Positions 46,445 to 50,244 of a stretch of DNA of 50,244 nt are shown here, one piece after another. The position numbers and the translations under genes were made by a program. The notes under the pieces are model-generated. The model did no database searches. It had not been told where the DNA came from and saw only the letters and a list, made by a program, of their open reading frames with translations. The stretch is from a virus (taxonomy: Duplodnaviria; Caudoviricetes). The stretch is from positions 1-50,244 of the IMG/VR virus record IMGVR_UViG_3300002307_000073; one strand, 5' to 3'. The stretch's first letter is position 1, and each line of letters begins with the position of its first letter.

Positions 46445-47286
46445 TAGAATGTGATGCTCCCTGATCCTGTGAAGGTGTAGATTTTGTTCCCGCCCACATT
46501 AGTAAAGGTTGGTGATCCAGTGGTTGATGCTGCATCTTTATAAGTGTTTGGGTAGCTGATAATAATTATGCCTGAGCCGCCTGAACCACCATTAGGAAGT
46601 GTAGTCCCATTTGATCCACCTCCTCCTCCGCCGCCGCCCGTGTTAGCTGTACCAGCCGTCCCAACTCCTCCCGCACCGCCGCCACCGCCGCCACCATTAC
46701 CTCCAGCGCCGCCGCCAGAATAGTAACAGCCTCCACCGCCGCCACCGGCGTAATACGTAGAAGTACCTGAAATAGTAGACGCGACACCTACGCCCCCAGC
46801 ACCGCCACTTGAGCTTCCGCCATTACTACCTACAGCACCTGCGCCACCACCACCACCCATACCGTAATTAGGCGTAGCGTAACCGTTTCCGCCAGCGTAG
46901 CCTTGACCCGCTGTACCAGAGCCATAGGTGTAGGAAAACATTCCACCGCCGCCAGAACCACCAGAACCACCAGATAATCCACTGGCAGAATCCCCACCAT
47001 GCCCGCCGCCAACAGCCGCGGTAAATGAAGCAAAAGTTGAGTTACTACCGTTCGTAGCCGAGATGCTGCTTACGTAATTGCCTGCTGTGCCGCCACCGCC
47101 TACCGTGACTACATAAGTAGTTGCAGGGCTAATAAGCGCAGAAGAAACTTGCAGCAAACCACCCGCACCAGCGCCACCGCCATTTGAGCCACCGCCACCA
47201 CCACCAGCAACAACGAGATAATTAACATTTGGCGTAGCTGATGCACCACCGCCACTACCCAAAAACATTTGAAGTATTCCAGACAT
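46444..47286 (-). CDS. Glycine-rich putative adhesin
   Basis: Start MSGILQMFLG coupled by TAATG to the upstream gene; YLVVAGGGGGG...GGSGIIIISY...YTFTGSGSITF. Confidence 0.75.
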   Translation of the reverse strand: MSGILQMFLGSGGGASATPNVNYLVVAGGGGGGSNGGGAGAGGLLQVSSALISPATTYVVTVGGGGTAGNYVSSISATNGSNSTFASFTAAVGGGHGGDSASGLSGGSGGSGGGGMFSYTYGSGTAGQGYAGGNGYATPNYGMGGGGGAGAVGSNGGSSSGGAGGVGVASTISGTSTYYAGGGGGGCYYSGGGAGGNGGGGGGGAGGVGTAGTANTGGGGGGGGSNGTTLPNGGSGGSGIIIISYPNTYKDAASTTGSPTFTNVGGNKIYTFTGSGSITF

Positions 47287-47933
47287 TAGGTCAACCCCGA
47301 TCCAGAAATGATCCACGTTGTTGAAGTCATTTTAAGTGCAGTCGCTGTGCCATATTGAGCCAAAGTCCTACTTCCGGTTGTTCCAGTGCCACCTAAATAC
47401 ATCGTATCTGTAGTGATGGCGATTGTCATTGCATTGGCAGACATATTAACAAACGTGACCGCAGTACCAATTGGAAACGCAACAGTACCGTTGGCCGGAA
47501 TGGTCATTGTCGTCGCCGCCTGAGCAGCAGCCATATAAATATGCTTACCAGAATCTGCCAGTACCAGTGTATATGCTGATGTTTGCGCGTTTTGAGGAAT
47601 GTTTAAATATCCAACGCTTGCTGACGCCGGAGGGAACGTCATTGTTGTTGAGTCACTACCTGCTAAGGTAATGCTGTTACTAACAGTTAAGGTCTTACCA
47701 TCAGCGATAGTTAAAGTTGATCCGGTTGCTGGGGCCGTTAATGTGACTTTATTAATGGTACTAGAAATAGTGGCAGAATTGGCAGTAAATGATTTGGCAA
47801 AAGAAACATTTTGATTGGTATCAATAGTTAAAGCAGCATTTCCATTAGTTTGTAATTGTAGTGTACCAGAATCATCTGCTGAATATACTAAACCAGATGT
47901 GGTTGAATTTGATGCGTTAATTGTTGATGCCAT
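47286..47933 (-). CDS. Short tail fibre-like protein
   Basis: MASTINA...G.LQLQT start; IPQNAQT.AYTLVL.D.GKHI...FPIGTA.TFVN...GSRTLA.YG.ATA.K...W.ISG.GLT tip module. Confidence 0.7.
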   Translation of the reverse strand: MASTINASNSTTSGLVYSADDSGTLQLQTNGNAALTIDTNQNVSFAKSFTANSATISSTINKVTLTAPATGSTLTIADGKTLTVSNSITLAGSDSTTMTFPPASASVGYLNIPQNAQTSAYTLVLADSGKHIYMAAAQAATTMTIPANGTVAFPIGTAVTFVNMSANAMTIAITTDTMYLGGTGTTGSRTLAQYGTATALKMTSTTWIISGSGLT

Positions 47934-47972
47934 TTATTTTCTCTATTATTCTGTTGGAGATGTATGGTATAT

Positions 47973-48023
47973 TTATGATAATTGATATCTGATACCAGAA
48001 GAACCATCAATTATTAATGACAT
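47973..48023 (-). pseudogene. 16-aa mini-ORF MSLIIDGSSGIRYQLS, probable collapsed fibre gene
   Basis: Fibre-like N-terminus fused to IRYQLS*, the same C-terminus as the 49195 glycine-rich protein. Confidence 0.55.
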
Positions 48024-48033
48024 GCGTTAACCC

Positions 48034-48378
48034 TTATATTATTATCCATCTTTGAGCGGGAGGAATTGTTACTGAAACACCATTTGCCATATTCATAGGA
48101 CCAACACTCAGTCCATTTATTCCAGGAGCAAATGTGTAACTTGTAATTATTGTATTTGAATTTGTTATGATTGGAGGATTGTTTGTTCCACTAACAACAA
48201 CCTTCCAAGTACCATCTCCACACAAAAAAGTGTTGGCATTAGCAGTTCCGGTTGCTAATAGAGAAGTATTTGGGGTTCCAACAGACAAATCATTTGTTGG
48301 AGATTTGGAAAGAATGCCAGTATTTGCCGAATTATAATTTCCAGCAAAACCACCTAATGAAAATGTACTTGTTGTCAT
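48034..48378 (-). CDS. Short fibre-module protein
   Basis: GTANANTFLCGDGTW and N.LSVGP...GV.VTIP...W.I modules shared with 323..4318 and 13275..14063. Confidence 0.6.
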   Translation of the reverse strand: MTTSTFSLGGFAGNYNSANTGILSKSPTNDLSVGTPNTSLLATGTANANTFLCGDGTWKVVVSGTNNPPIITNSNTIITSYTFAPGINGLSVGPMNMANGVSVTIPPAQRWIII

Positions 48379-48408
48379 TTTACTCTAAATTTTTTTGGTT
48401 ATATTCCT

Positions 48409-48416
48409 TATTTATA
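48409..48416 (-). promoter_or_regulatory. T4 late promoter TATAAATA
   Basis: Exact consensus ~30 nt upstream of the 48378 ATG. Confidence 0.7.
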
Positions 48417-48418
48417 AA

Positions 48419-48508
48419 TTAAGGAAATGATGCCCAAGTCGAATCTCCTCTCCAATATGAATTTAAAGTTGTAAGTTGTATATCTGAAAGGGTTCTAATT
48501 TGAGACAT
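48419..48508 (-). pseudogene. 29-aa mini-ORF MSQIRTLSDIQLTTLNSYWRGDSTWASFP, probable collapsed fibre gene
   Basis: AGGA Shine-Dalgarno upstream; contains an RGDxTW fibre motif; start resembles MSNSRLLS of 6519..7772. Confidence 0.5.
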
Positions 48509-48539
48509 TTTTTGTCCTATTTGTAAATACTTTTAATAT

Positions 48540-48923
48540 TTAAACTGGAGATTCTCGTTCTACCCAAGATGTTGTTGCTTCATCCCAAATATAAATTTTA
48601 TCATCCGTTGGCATTGGGGTTGGGGCATTCCATAAACAGGTTTCTTCATTCAAAACCCAAGAAGCAAATGGTTTTGGGGGAATAAACGCATCTCTTATTC
48701 TATCATAAGAAAATCCGATACCAGCATAATTCTTTCTTAATGCTTTGGTTTGATCTTCTGATGGTTCATTTGAATCTGGTTTATAATGTACTCCACCTCT
48801 TGTATTATAAGAAGTTTGAATCCATTCACCAGGTGACGAATCAACAAAAGTGTTAAAAAATTCTGCTTCAGCAACAATTACTTGTTGAACAATCCCATCT
48901 GTAATTTTCGCATAGTGTCCCAT
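48540..48923 (-). CDS. Small 'MAHFA-type' protein (paralogue of 46067..46444)
   Basis: MGHYAKI...VIVAE..F...WIQTSYNT.GG.H...LRKNYAGIG..YD..RDAFIPPKP..SW.LNE.TC.W.AP. Confidence 0.7.
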   Translation of the reverse strand: MGHYAKITDGIVQQVIVAEAEFFNTFVDSSPGEWIQTSYNTRGGVHYKPDSNEPSEDQTKALRKNYAGIGFSYDRIRDAFIPPKPFASWVLNEETCLWNAPTPMPTDDKIYIWDEATTSWVERESPV

Positions 48924-49186
48924 ATAAATCCTCTTTTTTCTTTAATTGGTTTAAAATAATTTAAGCATTCTGCTATAGTTTGTTGTCGTATATATTCATC
49001 ACGAATTTCTTGAGGGGTTGGTTTGGGTAATTCATTGTTTTCATCCCAATGTATTATCTCAAACATTCCTCCAGAACAACTTAATGAATATATTGCTCCT
49101 GGTCTTAGAGAATCCATTACAGTATTGATTCCCCAAGAGAATCCATTTTCTGTTGTAAACCTATTAATTGTGTCTTCAATGTTCAT
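48878..49186 (-). CDS. Hypothetical protein, weak XkdW-like pattern
   Basis: SLRPGA.Y.L...I..W...PKPT..EI; lies between an adhesin and a chaperone-like gene. Confidence 0.5.
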   Translation of the reverse strand: MNIEDTINRFTTENGFSWGINTVMDSLRPGAIYSLSCSGGMFEIIHWDENNELPKPTPQEIRDEYIRQQTIAECLNYFKPIKEKRGFIWDTMRKLQMGLFNK

Positions 49187-49194
49187 AATTTATA

Positions 49195-50244
49195 TTAAGA
49201 TAATTGGTAGCGAATGATGACAATACCGGAACCACCATTGCCGCCTTGAGTGGGGTATCCAGACCATGATCCACCGCCACCACCTGACCCTGAGTTGGTT
49301 GAAGCGTTGCCGCCGACACTCGCAGGCGCAGTGGGACCAATTCCTCCGGTTCCACCTCCAGCTGACCCAACCCCTCCTGTAGCGCCGCCAGCACCTAACG
49401 CATAGCAAGAACCGCCACCGCCTCCAGCTCTAACGACAGATGCGCCGGTAATCGCTGACGCTAATCCGGCTCCTCCAGCACCGCCTTGGTATCCACTTGG
49501 AGCTGCCTGACCAGCGCCTCCAGCGCCACCTCCGCCACCAGCCGCGTAGGGGTTTGCATATGCCGAGCCGCCGCCTGAGAAACCTTGTCCAGATGTTCCT
49601 GAGCCGCCAACGCCGTTGACCGAGGGCCCAGAAGATCCGCCGCCGCCGCCTGATCCACCTGATCGCCCAGTTTTAAGCGATGATGTTTCGCTTCCATATA
49701 CTCCGCCACCGCCGCCACCGATAGAGGTGACTGCCCCAAACACGGAACTACTACCGTCTGCACCGCGAGTGGCCTCCGTATCTCTCGCCGCATTTGACGC
49801 CGCACCCGCTCCGCCCGCCCCGACGGTCACCGAATAATTGTTGGTGGTAAGGTTTACCAGCGATTCAGCAGACGCACCGCCGCCAGACAATTCTCCTACA
49901 ACAGAAGATCTATACCCGCCAGCACCGCCACCGCCACCAAGGTCACCACCACCGCCGCCACCTCCCGCAACAACAAGATAATTAGCATTAGCAGAAAATC
50001 CAGTAGGAACTACAAAAGTATTTGATGATGTAAATGTGTGGATATAATATCCATTTGCTGTTGTTATTGTACCACCAGTTGGTAATCCAATACTAGTTTT
50101 TTGCGTTATACCTGACGCAACTCCATCTGAATTTGTTAATATGATATTAACTGTATTTCCAGAACCTAGTGCGTATATTGAAGCAGGAACTAAAACCGTT
50201 GCTGTTGTATCCGTTAATGATGTTGTTGTCGCATTGGCATTGAC
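49195..50244 (-). CDS. 3' part of the glycine-rich fibre/adhesin gene whose 5' part is at 1-323
   Basis: Frame is open from 50244 (VNANATTTSLTDTT...YYIHTFTSS...YLVVAGGGGGG) to the TAA at 49195; the ORF-track start at 49890 is internal. Confidence 0.85.
   Translation of the reverse strand, partial: VNANATTTSLTDTTATVLVPASIYALGSGNTVNIILTNSDGVASGITQKTSIGLPTGGTITTANGYYIHTFTSSNTFVVPTGFSANANYLVVAGGGGGGGDLGGGGGAGGYRSSVVGELSGGGASAESLVNLTTNNYSVTVGAGGAGAASNAARDTEATRGADGSSSVFGAVTSIGGGGGGVYGSETSSLKTGRSGGSGGGGGSSGPSVNGVGGSGTSGQGFSGGGSAYANPYAAGGGGGAGGAGQAAPSGYQGGAGGAGLASAITGASVVRAGGGGGSCYALGAGGATGGVGSAGGGTGGIGPTAPASVGGNASTNSGSGGGGGSWSGYPTQGGNGGSGIVIIRYQLS
50222..50244. repeat. 23-nt terminal direct repeat (right copy)
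   Basis: Identical to 1-23. Confidence 0.95.

Noticed and set aside
465-49837. Many short opposite-strand or alternate-frame ORFs in the track (e.g. 5740..6297, 6577..6813, 40785..41126, 49616..49837)
   Set aside because: They are shadows of long, motif-bearing genes; the Pro-rich ones are antisense to polyglycine codons.
1-50244. tRNA genes, introns, inteins or stop-codon reassignment
   Set aside because: No cloverleaf, intron or intein signatures were recognised by eye. Genes pack densely under the standard code with TAA, TAG and TGA all used as stops. A covariance-model scan was not run.

Overview
AT-rich genome segment of a T4-like myophage (Caudoviricetes, resembling aquatic T4-like phages). 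It contains a large tail-fibre/adhesin region (1-14.3 kb and 46-50.2 kb), a VrlC-like protein, the baseplate cluster (gp8, gp7, gp6, gp25, gp5, hub, gp53, gp48), a divergent operon (gp4, gp2, gp54/19-like, gp26, gp51, lysozyme-bearing tape measure/gp29-like), and gp32, a free-standing Hef-like endonuclease, gp59, gp33, RlpA-like, exonuclease, PhoH and FmdB-like genes. Main observations: (1) the first and last 23 nt are identical and one gene reads in frame across the join, so the contig closes into a ~50.2 kb circle with no recognisable capsid, portal, terminase, sheath or polymerase genes; (2) tandem slippery heptamers at the end of gp26 predict a -1 frameshift into gp51 just upstream of the tape measure gene, as in lambda G/GT; (3) a mosaic receptor-binding region with GC-richer polyglycine cassettes, duplicated fibre modules and three tiny remnant ORFs. 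All product calls come from motif and synteny recognition, not database searches.
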